60,000 nt of DNA from NCBI RefSeq assembly GCF_018350175.1, contig NC_058369.1, positions 5,892,001-5,952,000 of the forward strand, in the 5' to 3' direction. Under the pieces are notes generated by a model. The model was not told where the DNA came from. It did not search any database and saw nothing but the letters and a program-made list of their open reading frames with translations. Shown one piece after another: positions 27,811 to 40,139 of this stretch (position 1 is the first letter of the stretch; each line of letters starts with the position of its first letter). Origin of the DNA: Felis catus (lineage: Eukaryota). Made by a program: the position numbers and the translations under genes.

Positions 27811-28079
27811 TCTGGCTCTTCTCCAGATGTGGCTAAGTGGCCCCACGGGTGGCACTGTAGCAGGAGGTGGCTCCAAGGGTGTCCCTCGGTTACTCAGACC
27901 CAGCGGCCAGCTTGGGGCTCCCAGCAGGAGCTCCTGGGGCTTCTGGGCAGCCTCTCGGGTGTGGGCCGTCCTGGTCACCAGGGAGGAGGGATCTGGGTAT
28001 CAGCCCTTCTGCGTGTGTGTGGGACACAGGACTGGCTGGATCAGAGTGTGTGTCCACCTTCTCCAGAAGCTTCGTTTCA

Positions 28080-28200
28080 AAGCAGATTTGGCCTCAGCAG
28101 GTCTGGGATGAATCGGAGCATCTGAATTTCTAATGAGCTCCCCACCCCCACCCTGCCCGCTGGTGATGCTCATGCTCCAGGGACCCACTTTGACAAGCAG
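28080..28200. mobile_element. MER5A-like fragment
   Basis: tcagcaggtctgggatg...gcatctgaatttctaatgagctccc...gtgatgct...gggacccactttga. Confidence 0.55.
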
Positions 28201-30109
28201 AAGGTTTAAGAGGAGGCTGTGAGTGCCTTAGGGAAGCCTGCCAGCCCCCACCCCCCACCACCTGTGGTGATGGCTTCCGCTTCCCCCTCACCCCCAGAAT
28301 GCGGGGCCCTGAGAGATGGAGCCCCGTGTGCAAAGTGGGGGAGCTCTCGCCACCAGACTCTCTCCTCTCGGGCTGCTTTCGTTTTTTCTTTCCGTTCAAG
28401 GTCAAGGTGCTGAGAGCCTGCATCCCTTCATGTTTGAGGTTTGGGTCTTTTAGCTTACAGCCTCAGTAATGTCTTTGCGCAGTTTAAAAGGATTTCCAGA
28501 AGAGAAGGGAGAAGATCAGCCCCCGGTGTTGTCTGGGAAACCACGGTTTGTGTGCAAGGAGAAGAAGAGCCAAGTTGTGACGTGAGGGTGTCTTTTCCTG
28601 GGGGGCGGGGTACCGGGAACCGACCCCCGATCTTCTGCCACTGGCCTGGAGCCTCTGACCGGCGGCAGCCCCCGGCTTGGGAAGCCACGTGGGAGCCCTG
28701 CACCACAGGTAGCGCCGGCCTGGGAGCATTTCCCCCAAGTCCGCACCCTGCTTTCCCACGGCCGGGGCCTGGCAGACGCCAGGGAGAACCAGCCTGAAGA
28801 TCCCCTGCCCGAGTGGGGGTGCCAAGAGCCGGGCAGGCGGGGCAGCAGGGGAGGGGAGGGCATCGGAGCGGGAACCTAGCTGACCCGGGAAGAGTTCCCA
28901 GTAGCTGGAAGGTGGTGATGGGCCGTGATCGCGACTCTTAGCTCTTAGCCATGCCGTTCGTTCGCTTTGCAAAGTACTTCACTGCCCTTCGTGGGCACGT
29001 GCCTGTGAGGGAGGTGTTACTCTTAGTGTTGTTCGCGTACCCATTTTACAGATGATATGACTGAAGCTTAGCTGGTTGGAAAACAGGTCATGAGTGCCGG
29101 TTTTTTGTTTTGTTTTGTTTTGTTTTGTTTTAACCAGTTCAGTATAGAGCATTCTAGGTTTGGGCTGCCCCTTAGTTTTGTGAGCATAAGTTTCCAGAAA
29201 TAGTCTGTGCAGGGCCTGGAGCTCCAGGACCACCAGGGGCCCCTCGGGAAAGACTCAGGAATCCAGGGCAGGAGGGCATGCTGCCTCCCAGTTTTTAGCC
29301 ACAAATGAATGTTTCGGCCACATAAATAAAATTGCCACGTCCCAAGGAAACTGCCGCATGGGTCGTCACCAAGTGCGGATGGCGTGATGGGCATGATGTG
29401 ACTTGCCACACTGAACTCGCGGCAACCAGGAATTTCCCACAGAGGCCCCTCAGAAAGCCGGGGTGCCCAACCCAGGCCCCCGGGACTCCTGAGGGGAGTC
29501 ACACGTGCTCAAACAAGAGGCTCTGGGGCAGACACTCTGAAGGCAGGTGTAGACGTGCACACTGCCTTTCCCCAGGGCGGGGGTGGGGGTGGGAGGGTCG
29601 AGGGCTGCTCAGTGTGTCTGCCTCTGCAAGGTTCACAGGCCTCCCCAGCAAGCTGGGCCGAGGAAAGGCAGTGGGGGCCTCGAATGCCGAGGCCACTGCC
29701 AGCCGTGAAGGGGGACTAGTGCCCATGTCCCTCCCCTGCGGGGAGCGGCTGCCCTCTCTCAGCAGTTGTTTGGACAGGATGAGGGCTGGGAGCCACCAAG
29801 GCCACCGCAAGGGTTTTCACAGGGCATCTGTGGTGTGTGTGCTGACCGGGGACGCCCGGGCTGACAGACAAACGGACCACAGCACGGCGGTTCCAGGTGA
29901 AAATTAGAAGTGAGTGAATAAAGGAACTCTTAGAAAGGGATGTGTCCAAGGTGGAGGGATCACAGTCCCCCGGGGACCATCAGTGGAAAATACGGACGTC
30001 CCGAGAGACCTGGTCTGAGGTGGAACATGTCAGCTGTGGAGGTATCTGGGGCCCGGACCCACGGACCCACGCAAGCACAGACCTTAAATCTGCTTTGTCA
30101 AAAGGCTTT

Positions 30110-30113
<4 letters not shown>

Positions 30114-30153
<40 letters not shown>
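30114..30153 (+). repeat. (GT)20 microsatellite
   Basis: Read directly from the sequence. Confidence 0.95.
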
Positions 30154-30156
<3 letters not shown>

Positions 30157-30469
30157 GTAATTTTTTTTTAATCTTAAAACATTCCACTCATCTGCTTTTG
30201 TGACTGAAGAACAAAATCTCAGTATTTAGCAAGTTATTTTTAAACCCTCCAGCCACACAAAGCTGCAGTCTTAAAACATTTTGAATTTAAAGAGATTGTG
30301 TGGAAAACGTGGTGCTTTTAATCCACCCTGCCCAGTGCAGGTTATATCCCCAAAAAGCCAGGAATCGGGTGGAAGGTGTGGCGGCTTGGCCAGGACAGTG
30401 GGGGCGGGGGACAGAAGGAGAGGACAGGGCCCTCCCAGCCACCCCCGGCGGCATCCTGCGGGCAGGCGG

Positions 30470-30718
30470 GGGTCTCACGGTCCCCGGCATGAGTCTCAGA
30501 GGAAGGGGGGCCGTCCCCCTGTGCCTTCACATCGTCTCCCCTGTGTGTGTCCGTCTGTCCAAATGGCCCCTCTCTACGACTTCAGTCCATTGGGTCAGGA
30601 CCCACCCTATTGACCTCATCTTAGCTCATCTCCATTGACCTTAGTAAGGTCTCTAAGTCACTTGCTGAGGTCCTCGGGGTCAGGATGCCAATCAGGGGAC
30701 ACAATCCAACCCATGACC
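30470..30718. mobile_element. MLT1 fragment
   Basis: gccttcacatcgtctcccctgtgtgtgtc...cattgggtcaggacccaccctattgacctcatcttag...ggggacacaatccaacccatgac. Confidence 0.65.
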
Positions 30719-30970
30719 GGCCCCTTCCACGGTTTGTCACCAGGCCTTCTCTGGTCTCCCCCAAAGCAGCGAGTGCAGTGGGGGTTCATCGTGTGCCCCC
30801 CACTGAGCTCCGCTCGGTGACTTTCAGGGAGGAGACTGACCAAGCTGTCTTGTCGCCTAGAAGGATTTCTCCTGCTCGATTTCATGTGACAGTGGCCAAC
30901 AGCACAGACTACGTAATCTGTGAGGCTCAGCGCAGAATGGAAATGCGCTTTGTTCAAAAATCTCAGATCT

Positions 30971-31062
30971 GGGGCGCCTGGCTGGCTCAGTCAGTGGAGC
31001 GTGTGACTCTTGATCTCGGGGTCGTGAGTTTGAGCCCCATGTTGGGCGTAAAGCTTACCTAG
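30971..31062 (+). mobile_element. Short, older Can-SINE (tRNA-like body)
   Basis: ggggcgcctggctggctcagtcagtggagcgtgtgactcttgatctcggggtcgtgagtttgagcccc. Confidence 0.85.
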
Positions 31063-31087
31063 AAAAATTCAGGTAAAATCTGGTTCA

Positions 31088-31470
31088 AGCAATGGAATAT
31101 ATTCAGCTTTAAAAAGGAAGGACAGTCTGACACCTGCTACAACATGGATGGACCCGGAGGACCCTGCACAGCGTGAGAAGCCAGACACAGAAGGACCCGT
31201 CCTGCGTGACCCCACTCACAGGAGGTCCCCAGAGGAGTCCCATCCATAGAGACAGAGAGCGGATGGTGGGAGCCAGGGGTGGGTGGGGGCGGGGGGAGTC
31301 CGTGTTTCATGGGGACAGAGAGTCTGGGGAGATGGAAAGTTCTGGAGACGGATGGCGGGGGCGGGTGCACGACAGTGTGAGTGTACCTGATGTCGTTGAA
31401 CTGGACATTTAACGGTTATGATGGTAAATTTTATGTTATGCGTATTTTACCACAATTAAAGTGTAAAAAA
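31088..31470 (+). mobile_element. L1MB-like 3' end
   Basis: caatggaatatattcagctttaaaaaggaagg...gctacaacatggatggac...gatggtaaattttatgttatgcgtattttaccacaatt. Confidence 0.75.
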
Positions 31471-32354
31471 AGGTACTAAGAACTCTGAGAGGGCAATGGC
31501 ACAGCACGGGGTCCTATGGGTCCTCGGGGGTCGCTTGCCCCCCCCCCCAAGCCATCCAGCTGGCTGCGTCTTGCACCACCTGCCGTGGGCAGCCAGCAGG
31601 CCTCCCAGTGCAGCCAAGACTCCCTCGCCCGTGGTGCCCGGGTGGGGAGGACCCCGCACCCCGCGGCTGGGCTGGTGTTTACAGCAGCCAGACATTTCCA
31701 GTCCCCGGGAAACGCACGGGAAAATCCACAGCGCGTTTGCTGGCGGCCGGTAGTTGATGCCAAAAGAAGGCAGATGGGCCGCGACGGGGTTCCCAGGGCT
31801 TCCCCCAGTCCGGCTGTTGGCCTGGGGGACTGTGCCTCCTGGGCTCCCAGCCCACCCGAAGGCCACTGCCTCTGCAGGCAGCCTGGAGTAGGGGGAGGGG
31901 GCCGGGAAGTCAGCCCTGGGCCCTGAGCGCCTGGAGGCAGGAAGCCTGCAGCCCAGCCCCCTCTGCCGGGGGAGGAGCCAGTTCCCTGGGGAACCGTAAG
32001 TCTGGGATCGCTCCCCTCCTGCCCTCTTATTCCAGAGGAGCCCCGTGTCAGCTCGCGGCTGTCTGTCCCTCCGCCACCTGCTGTCCCCTGCCAGCAGCCC
32101 CGGCTGCACACCGCTCCACGCGTGCTCGCCCTCAGGTCGGAGTTGCTGCCCTCCTCCCCCCCCACCCCCACCCCCCCCCCCCCCCCCCCGTCACCACCCA
32201 CCTCCCTCCTTTCCCACGCCCCTAGGGGGCCCCCCCCCGACTCCCCACTGGCTTCTGGCCCACTTGCGCCCCTCCCCCACCATGGCCTCTACCCTTCCAG
32301 CCATCCTTGTATTCAGTCCACACATAGTCACGTTGTAAATCATCTTAGAGCCGT

Positions 32355-32833
32355 CGGTGGTCCATCCATGCGGAAGCGTATGACTCGGCGGTAAAAAGGA
32401 GTGAGGTGCTGACACTCTACCACGCGGGTGAACCCAGAAAACACACTGCGTGCAGTAAGCCAGGCACAAAGGTCACGTCTCGTCTGATTCCATTGATGAG
32501 AAATGTCCAGAACAGGTAAATCCATAGAAAGTCAATTAGTCATTGTCGGGCTGAGGGAAGAGAGACTGGGAGCGGCTGCATCATGGGGACAGGTTTTAGG
32601 ATGACAGAAATGTTCTAGAACAGCGGAGTGTGGCGGTATGCCAGTGAGTTGCTCACTTTAAAGGGCGAATCTTCAGGGTGCCTGGGTGGCGCAGTCGGTT
32701 AAACGTCCGACTCTTGATTTGGGCCCAGGTCACGATCTCCAGGTTCATGGGTTCGAGCCCCGCATCAGGCTCCATACTGCTGGTGGTGCAGAGTCTGCTT
32801 GGGATTCTCTCTCTTGCTCCCTGCCCCTCCCCT

Positions 32834-32880
<47 letters not shown>

Positions 32881-32950
32881 ATAAATAAACTGAAAAAAAA
32901 GGGGGGGGCAAATTTTCTGTTATGTGTATCTCCCTTCAATCAAAAGAGAA
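32355..32950 (+). mobile_element. L1MB-like 3' end interrupted by a Can-SINE (32676-32900)
   Basis: gattccattgatgagaaatgtccagaacaggtaaatccataga; SINE head gggtgcctgggtggcgcag and (CT)n tail. Confidence 0.75.
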
Positions 32951-33099
32951 AAATCATCCCAGGTGTTTCAACTGCCAAGGATGTGACGCACACAAGAGAA
33001 ACCAGCCAAGTCACCCGTGGGTGCTCAGCCCAGGTGGGGTCACCCTTTAGGGCTCCAAATGGGTTGGCTCACACGGGAACAGGCTGTCTGAAGATGTAT

Positions 33100-33688
33100 G
33101 TATTCGTTTGCTAGGGTAGCTTAAGAAACCAGACATTTATCATCTCACAGTTGGGGAGGCAAGAAGTCGGAGATGGAGGTGTGGGCAGGCTGGTTTTGGG
33201 GAGGGAGACCCTGTCCCAGGCCTCTCTCCTGGCTTCTAGTGGCCTCATCTTCATGGGTCTCTCTGTGTGCATGTCTATGTCCATACTTCCCTTGTAGAGA
33301 CAATTATGTTGGATTTGGGGCCACCCTACTCCAGGACGACATCATCCCACCTGCAATGAACCTACTTCCTGATAAAGTCACATTCTTGCTTTTTTTTTTT
33401 TAATTTTTTTTCAACGTTTTTATTTATTTTGGGACAGAGAGAGACAGAGCATGAACGGGGCAGGGGCAGAGAGAGAGGGAGACACAGAATCGGAAACAGG
33501 CTCCAGGCTCCGAGCCATCAGCCCAGAGCCTGACGCGGGGCTCGAACTCACGGACCGCGAGATCGTGACCTGGCTGAAGTCGGACGCTCAACCGACTGCG
33601 CCACCCAGGCGCCCCATCTTGCTTTTTTTTTTAAGATAAAAATTTTCAAATTATTTTGAGAGAGACAGGGAAGGGACAGAGAGAAAGG

Positions 33689-33734
<46 letters not shown>

Positions 33735-33900
33735 CCCAAGCAAGGGGTTGAATCCACAAACCGCGAGATCATGACCTGAGCCGAAGTCAGACACTTAACT
33801 GACTGAGCCACCCAGGCGCCCCAGTAAGGTCACATTCCAAGGTGCTGAGGGTTAGGACTGCAACATAGGAATTTGTGGGGAACACAGTTCAACCCATAGC
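33100..33900. mobile_element. MLT1 LTR carrying two nested minus-strand Can-SINEs (33390-33615 SINEC_Fc; 33622-33822)
   Basis: MLT1 motifs on both sides; flanking duplications taa(a/g)gtcacattc and tcttgcttttttttt. Confidence 0.85.
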
Positions 33901-34094
33901 CATCCCCTGTGCCAGTTTGAGAGTACAGAGATGAGCCAAAAGGACCCCGTCCCTGTCCTCACAGAGCACCTGCTATGCTGGTTGAGGTCGATCCACACGC
34001 AAAAAAAGGCACAGGATTCGAGCAGGCGTGTTGAGAAGTGTGTAAAGCAGCTTGACCTCATCGTGACATTCAAGTGCATTCTCTCTCTCTCTCT

Positions 34095-34292
34095 TTTTTT
34101 TAATGTTTATTTTTGAGAGACAGAGTGTGGGCAGGGGAGGGGCAGAGAGAGACGGAGACACAGAATCTGAGGCAGGCTCCAGGCTCCGAGCGGTCAGCAC
34201 AGAGCCCGACGCGGGGCTCGAACTCACAGACCGTGAGATCCTGACCTGAGCCGAAGTCAGATACTTAGCCGATTGAGCCACCCGGGAGCCCC
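34095..34292 (-). mobile_element. Can-SINE with target-site duplication (TSD)
   Basis: TSD tcaagtgcattctc at 34070-34083 and 34293-34306. Confidence 0.93.
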
Positions 34293-35139
34293 TCAAGTGC
34301 ATTCTCAAATGGCTCCGTGCCCAGGATCTAAGCGAACATGGGTGTCGCACACCTAGTGCCCGCCCCCCCCCCCCCCGCCCCAGGCGTGCACTGGCCACAC
34401 ACAGTAGAACCGTGTATTGCTTCACAACGGATTGGAAATTTTAAAAGAAGCAAAAACGCAAAACCGGAGCCTTCATCGCAGATCGTCAGGGAAGATGCTG
34501 TAGGCGTGGGAAGGACACAGCCGCACTACACAACCACACGTGTGAATCCCCGCAGGCCAGGTTGACGCTGCTGTGCAGAAAGAACTCTGGGCCAAATCTG
34601 GGTGGGGGTCAAGAAACCTGGGAGGTTCTGTGGCGCCAGGAAGGGTAAGAGGAGGGAGGAGGAGGGAGACGCCACTGGCGGAGGGCGGAGTAGGAAGGGG
34701 GGGGAATCTGAGGGCAGCGGGGCAGGGCTCCTGGGATCGTGGCTGAATGTGCCAGAAGCCGTGAGTACAAGCCTAGGGAAGACAGAGCCCCGGCAGTGCC
34801 GGCACCATCGGCCTGGATCCCAGGCTGTATCCTGGCAGTTCCCTCGACCCCTCCATTCCAGAGAAGTCTCAAAGGCAGAGGGCGTGGCGGGGAGGGGCGG
34901 GGGGCTGGTGGTGGTAGATGCAGTCCCGCCATTGATGAACCCCAACCTCCCGCTTTCCCCCCTCCAAGTGTTGGGACATGCCCTCTCCTGATGGAGACGG
35001 TGGCTCCCAGCCCCCAGCCCTGCTCCACTTGTCCGGTCTCTGCCCCCTGACAATGCTGCTGCTTCTTGCTTTTTAAGTGTCTTTTATTTTCTGTATTCTG
35101 ACGCTCTGTCATGGGGGGGGGGGGGGCCTCGCCGAACTG

Positions 35140-35535
35140 GAAAAGCCCGCCCCTCCCAGGGCTGGTGAATTCCTAGAGCTAGCAAACAACTTGCCAAACT
35201 ATCTTTCACGCGCAAACCCATTAATCCAGAGTCCACAGCCCCACCCGCCGTGGGCTCCTGTCACGCTCAGGGCCACCACCCCTGCCCCATCACCCCAGGG
35301 CCTGGGGCCAGCCCCGGACACCGCAGAGTCTGCTGAGGTCATTCAAACTAGCCAGCCCCAACCCTGTTTCCCCCACCTCGCCCCCTCGTCCCCGGGGAAA
35401 CCACAGTAAAGGCTCTGAGCCACATTTCCCCGCCCCTTCTACCCCCTCACTGACCCTGGTCCTTCCCCATGTGGCCCCGCTTGGCGTCCGTGCCCCCCTC
35501 CCTGGGATCTGTGAGTAACAAACTACTTTTCCTTT
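35140..35535 (+). mobile_element. MER74/MER73-like ERVL LTR fragment
   Basis: ttcaaactagcca...ggaaaccacagtaaaggctct...gaccctggtccttccccatgtggccc...ctgtgagtaacaaactac. Confidence 0.65.
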
Positions 35536-35604
35536 TTCAAGGTAGAATATATTTTATTTTATTTTATTTTAATTTAATTTTATTTTATTAACGATTTTAT
35601 CTTA

Positions 35605-35918
35605 GGGTCGCCTCGTTTAGTCAGTTAAGTGTCCGACTTTGGCTCAGGTCGTGATCTCGCAGTTTGTGGGTTCGAGCCCCGTGTGGGGTTCTGTGCTGAC
35701 AGCTCAGAGCCTGGAGCCTGCTTCAGATTCTGTGTCTCCCTCTCTCTCTGCCCCTCCTCTGCTCATGCTCTGTGTCTCTCTCTCTCTCTCAAAAATAAGT
35801 AAACATTAAAAAAAAATTTTTTTTTAATTAAGTACAGTCTACATCCAATGTGGGGCTTGAACTCATGACCCTGAGATCAAGCGTCACACGTTCCACCCAC
35901 TGAGCCAGCCAGGTACCA
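35605..35918. mobile_element. Tail-to-tail Can-SINE pair (35605-35816 +; 35817-35918 -)
   Basis: SINE bodies on opposite strands meeting at an A/T tract. Confidence 0.88.
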
Positions 35919-36252
35919 CCATTTTAAACATTTGTGAGTGCATAGCTCAGTGGCAATACATATACTCTCAGTGTTGTGCAAACATCCCTACCATCTGTCT
36001 CCAGAACTTTCATCTTCCCAAACTGAGACTCTGTCTCTATTAAACACTAATGCCCCCTCCCCCAGGTTCGTTTTCAGTAGGTAATGTTCATGGCTCAAAG
36101 CATGCAAGGCCCAAAGATGATCAAATGAACCTCCTCCTCTCTCCAGTTTCCTAGCCATCCAGCTTTCTCCTTCCTCGAGCTGCCTGTGTGGACCCCCCAG
36201 AAACACTCTGCACATTGGAGCAAATCTCTCCATCTGTATCATAAGGTATTTC

Positions 36253-36486
36253 TTTTTATTTTTTTATTTTTAAATTTTTTTTTCAACGTTTATTTATTTT
36301 TGGGGCAGAGAGAGACAGAGCATGAATGGGGGAGGGGCAGAGAGAGGGGGAGACACAGAATCGGAAACAGGCTCCAGGCTCTGAGCCATCAGCCCAGAGC
36401 CTGACGCGGGGCTCGAACTCCCGGACCGAGAGATCGTGACCTGGCTGAAGTCGGACGCTTAGCCGACTGCGCCACCCAGGCGCCCC
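36253..36486 (-). mobile_element. Young SINEC_Fc with a perfect 16-bp TSD
   Basis: TSD tatcataaggtatttc at 36237-36252 and 36487-36502; nearly identical to the copies at 33390 and 42063. Confidence 0.95.
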
Positions 36487-36973
36487 TATCATAAGGTATT
36501 TCAAGCCCGGGGGGTTGGGGCGGGGAGGGGCGGTGAGGCCATCAGGTCTGTGTTTGAAGCCCGCCCGGATGTGGAGAGGGGAACGGCTGTCTGCCTTTCG
36601 GAGCTCTGTGGATTTCAGAAACCCCGTGCGTTGCTTCGCTGAGCAAGTGTTCTCAGGCCCATCCGTGCTGTGGCAGGTGTCAAAACTTCAGCTCTTTTTG
36701 AGGCTGAATACTATTCCATTGTATGGACGTACCACATCCGGTTTATCCTGCGTCTGTTGGTAGACACTCTGTCCCTTTCTGGGTCATGGTAACAGAAGGG
36801 GGGTTGATAATACTACCCAGGACTGCAAAGACCGACCCTAGGATGATAAGGCTCCCCAAATATGCTAAAAGCATGCCCCATTGTGACTTTTGGGGGCCCC
36901 GGGTGCTTTGGCCTTCATGGGTCTGATCATCCATAAAGGAAAAAAATATATCTATATATTAAAAGTTAAATTT

Positions 36974-37474
36974 GGGGCGCCTGGGTGGCTCAGTCGGTTA
37001 AGCATCTGACTCCTGATTTCGGCTCAGGTCATGATCTCATGGCTCGTGAGTTCGAGCCCCACATCCGGCTCTGCACTGACAGTGTGGAGCCTGCTTGGGA
37101 TTCTCTCTGTGTCCCTCCCTCCGTCCCTCCCCTGTTCATACTCTCTCTCTCTTAAAACAAATACAAAACTTAAAAAAAATTGTTTTTTTAATGTTACACC
37201 TGAGTTGGAGCATAAAGGTGAATATAATATAAAGACTAGATTATGGGGATTTTCCCTTCTTTTTAAAAAATTTTTTTCTTTATTTATTTTGGGGGAGAGA
37301 GAGACAGCATAAATGGGGGAGGGGCAGAGAGAGAGGGAGACGGAGAATCCCAAGCAGGCTCCGTGCTGTCAGCACAGACCCCGACTGGGAGTTTGATCTC
37401 ACAAGCCGCGAGATCATGATCTGAGCCGAAATCAACAGTCGGACACCTAACCAAGTGAGCCACCTAGGCACCCC
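36974..37474. mobile_element. Inverted Can-SINE pair (36974-37179 +; 37260-37474 -)
   Basis: SINE heads and tails read directly. Confidence 0.9.
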
Positions 37475-38809
37475 TTTCCTTCTAATTTTAAAAGAAATGG
37501 AAGCATTTGCAAGGGCCCCCAAAGTATTGTGGTCCTAGGCATTTAACAGCTAAGTCCGTTGTGCTAACGGGTCAGGCCCGGTTCTTCGAAAGGCCTGATT
37601 GCCTCACAGGCTGTGCGCCTGCTGCCTACTGACCATTCTACCCATAACTCACGTGGACACTGATGACTGCAAATAAATTTCCAGAAGAGAGATCAGCTTC
37701 CAAAGAGAGAGAGTGTCCCACTGACCAGGAGGAGGGCCACGCAGCACGGTCCCAACGAGCGTGGAACAAAGGACCACCGCAGAAGTTGGAAACCTTTCCA
37801 GACTGTCCACCCGCCGTGGGCCCGGCATAGCAAAGGCCCTGTCACCTGCAGCAAAGGGCCCTGCTCTATAGTCTTTGAGCGCAGGGAGCGCAGACAGCGA
37901 GGCGGTTAGGAATGGATTGCGCTGCCCGCCTTATCCCCCAACAGGCAGGTTTTGCCATTCCACAGTCACCACGCCCTGTCCAGCCTGTCCCCTGGCTTCT
38001 CAGCAGTCCCGCCTGCTGGGTCGCCTGGTTCGGGACTCTGTGGTCTCTCCTGACGGCCTCAGTGGCCTCCTCACTGCAGCCAGAGGGATCTTTCTGCAAA
38101 GCAGAAACCCTCCACGCCCTTCTGCACCCCTGACATTTGCACGGCCGTTCCCTCGCCCTGAAGCATCCCTGTCCTTACTCCCTGCCCTGTCGTCCCCGCC
38201 TGCAGCAAGCCTGCGAGAACCTAGCTGCTTTTTTTGTCGCTTCTCGCAAATACCGCAGCCGTCCCCCCATCGCAGCACTCGAGCGGCTCGACTTCTGGGG
38301 GCCTTTGCTTCCTTGCCTTAGAAAATGGGGGAAATGAGGCCAACTTCAGAGATCTTAAGGAGAAGCCAGCGTCTGCTATATGCGCAGCTCTCTCTGGCAC
38401 GTCACCCTGCCCACCGGCCAGGAGTCCGCGCCATGACCTGGGACGACAGCCCGCGCCCTAACCGGGCCAGCCACGTTCTCTCTGACGCTGCCAGTGGCTG
38501 TGGGCCACTTCCTTCCCCTCTGCAAGCCGAGAGCTCATGATAGCATCCGCCCCGGGGGTGGGGGTGGGGGGTGCTAAGGAAGATAGCGCTTCCCGGGGCT
38601 GGGCCGGCTGTCTGGAACAGAGGAGGCGAGCCACCCGTGCCAGTGGCTATTATTACACCTCGAGAAGGAGCGAGCCAGCCGGTCGGAGAGGGAGCGGGAG
38701 CGGGAAGGAAGCCAGACAGGAGGCAGACAGAACGCAGAGGCCTGTGGGCAGCAGCAGCTGGGCGTGGGCAGGGGCTCCGAGCCCAAGAGAGGACGCGGGG
38801 TAGCTGTGC

Positions 38810-39168
38810 TTTGCCAAGGGCGGCCGACACACGGGACGCGTATTTCTCACCGCTCTGGAGGCTGGGAGCCTGAGAGGGAGCTGTCGGCAGCCCTGGGGGC
38901 TTCCGAGGCCTCTCTCCTTGGCTTGTGGACGGCCACCGTCTCACCTGTGTCCTCCCGTGGCCGTAACTTCTGCGTGCGCCTGTGTCCCCACCTCCTCTGC
39001 TTTTAAGGACCCCAGTCATACTGGGTTAGGATCTGCCCTGATGACCGCATTCTAACTCGATGATCACATTAAAGGCCTTACAGCTCCTAAGGGCCACATC
39101 CTGAGGTGCTGGGGTCAGAATGTCGACATAGGAAGTTGGGGGGAGGATGACATCCGGCCCACAACAGA
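38810..39168. mobile_element. MLT1 LTR fragment
   Basis: tatttctcaccgctctggaggctgggagcctgag...ttttaaggaccccagtcatactgggttagg...gccacatcctgaggtgctggggtcag. Confidence 0.75.
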
Positions 39169-39571
39169 CACTGAGGGGGGTGTTGGGAGAAGGGAAGCAG
39201 GAGGGGCGCTAGGCTCCAAGCAGTAGGCTTGTCTTGTCCCCATCCAGCCTCCGCGAAGCCAGCGGACTGTCCTGTTCTGCCCACGAGCCCTGGCCGCTTG
39301 GTTAGATGCCAGAGTCCCTCGTCAGGTTCCTCTCAGCTAAAGAGGGCTTAACTAAACCAGTCTTGTGAAGCTCTTGGCACACTGCCTGGCCTAGAAGAGC
39401 TTAATAAATCACAGCTCTCATTGTTAGTGAAGACGGTTTGGCCAGGACCGTTGATCTAGAAAAAACACCAGGTAGACCAAAAAGACAAGGAGCCTGATTA
39501 TGATAAACATGACGATAAGTTGGAGGCATGGCATTATTAAAACTATATGCTTCATAAAATATAATACCAAA

Positions 39572-40037
39572 GGGTGCCCAGGTGGCTCCCTCGGTTAAGC
39601 GTCCCACTTCGGTTCAGGTCATGATCTCGCCACGGTCCGTGAGCTCGAGCCCCGCGTCGGGCTCTGTGCTGATGGCTCGGAGCCTGGAGCCTGCTTCGGA
39701 TTCTGTCTCCCTCTCTCTCTGCCCCTCTCCTGCTTGCATTCTGTCTCTCTCTGTTTCTCTCTCAAAAATAAACATAAAAAAATTGTTTTAATAAATAAAA
39801 TATAATACCAAAACAAAAAAATGTTAGAGATAGAATAAGGTAGCCCGGGTGGCTCAGTTGGTTGAGCGTCCGACTCTTGATTTTGGCTCAGGTCACGATC
39901 TGATGGTCGTAGGATCAAGCCCCCTATCGGGCTCTGCGCTGAGGGTGCAGCCTGCTTGAGATTCTGTCTCTCCTCTGCCCCCTTTCCCCCGCTTGCGCAC
40001 TCTCTCTCTCTCTCTCTTAAAAAAAAGAAAGAAAAAA
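39572..40037 (+). mobile_element. Two tandem Can-SINEs (39572-39794; 39839-40037)
   Basis: 18-bp TSD ataaaatataataccaaa around the first copy. Confidence 0.92.
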
Positions 40038-40139
40038 TATAGAATAAACTGGCAGAAACGTAACTGCAGTGAGAACTTAATCAACTATGGCAAACTGAGG
40101 GTTTAAGAATAGAAATAATCTACCCAACAGTCACACTGT

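Noticed and set aside
30971..31062. Possible tRNA gene (also 35817-35918 and 47210-47333)
   Set aside because: A/B-box-like motifs belong to the tRNA-derived SINE head; the element has SINE ends and no intact cloverleaf that I can verify
36826..37582. Possible hAT-type MITE remnant around the inverted SINE pair
   Set aside because: Only vague similarity; terminal inverted repeats could not be established by eye
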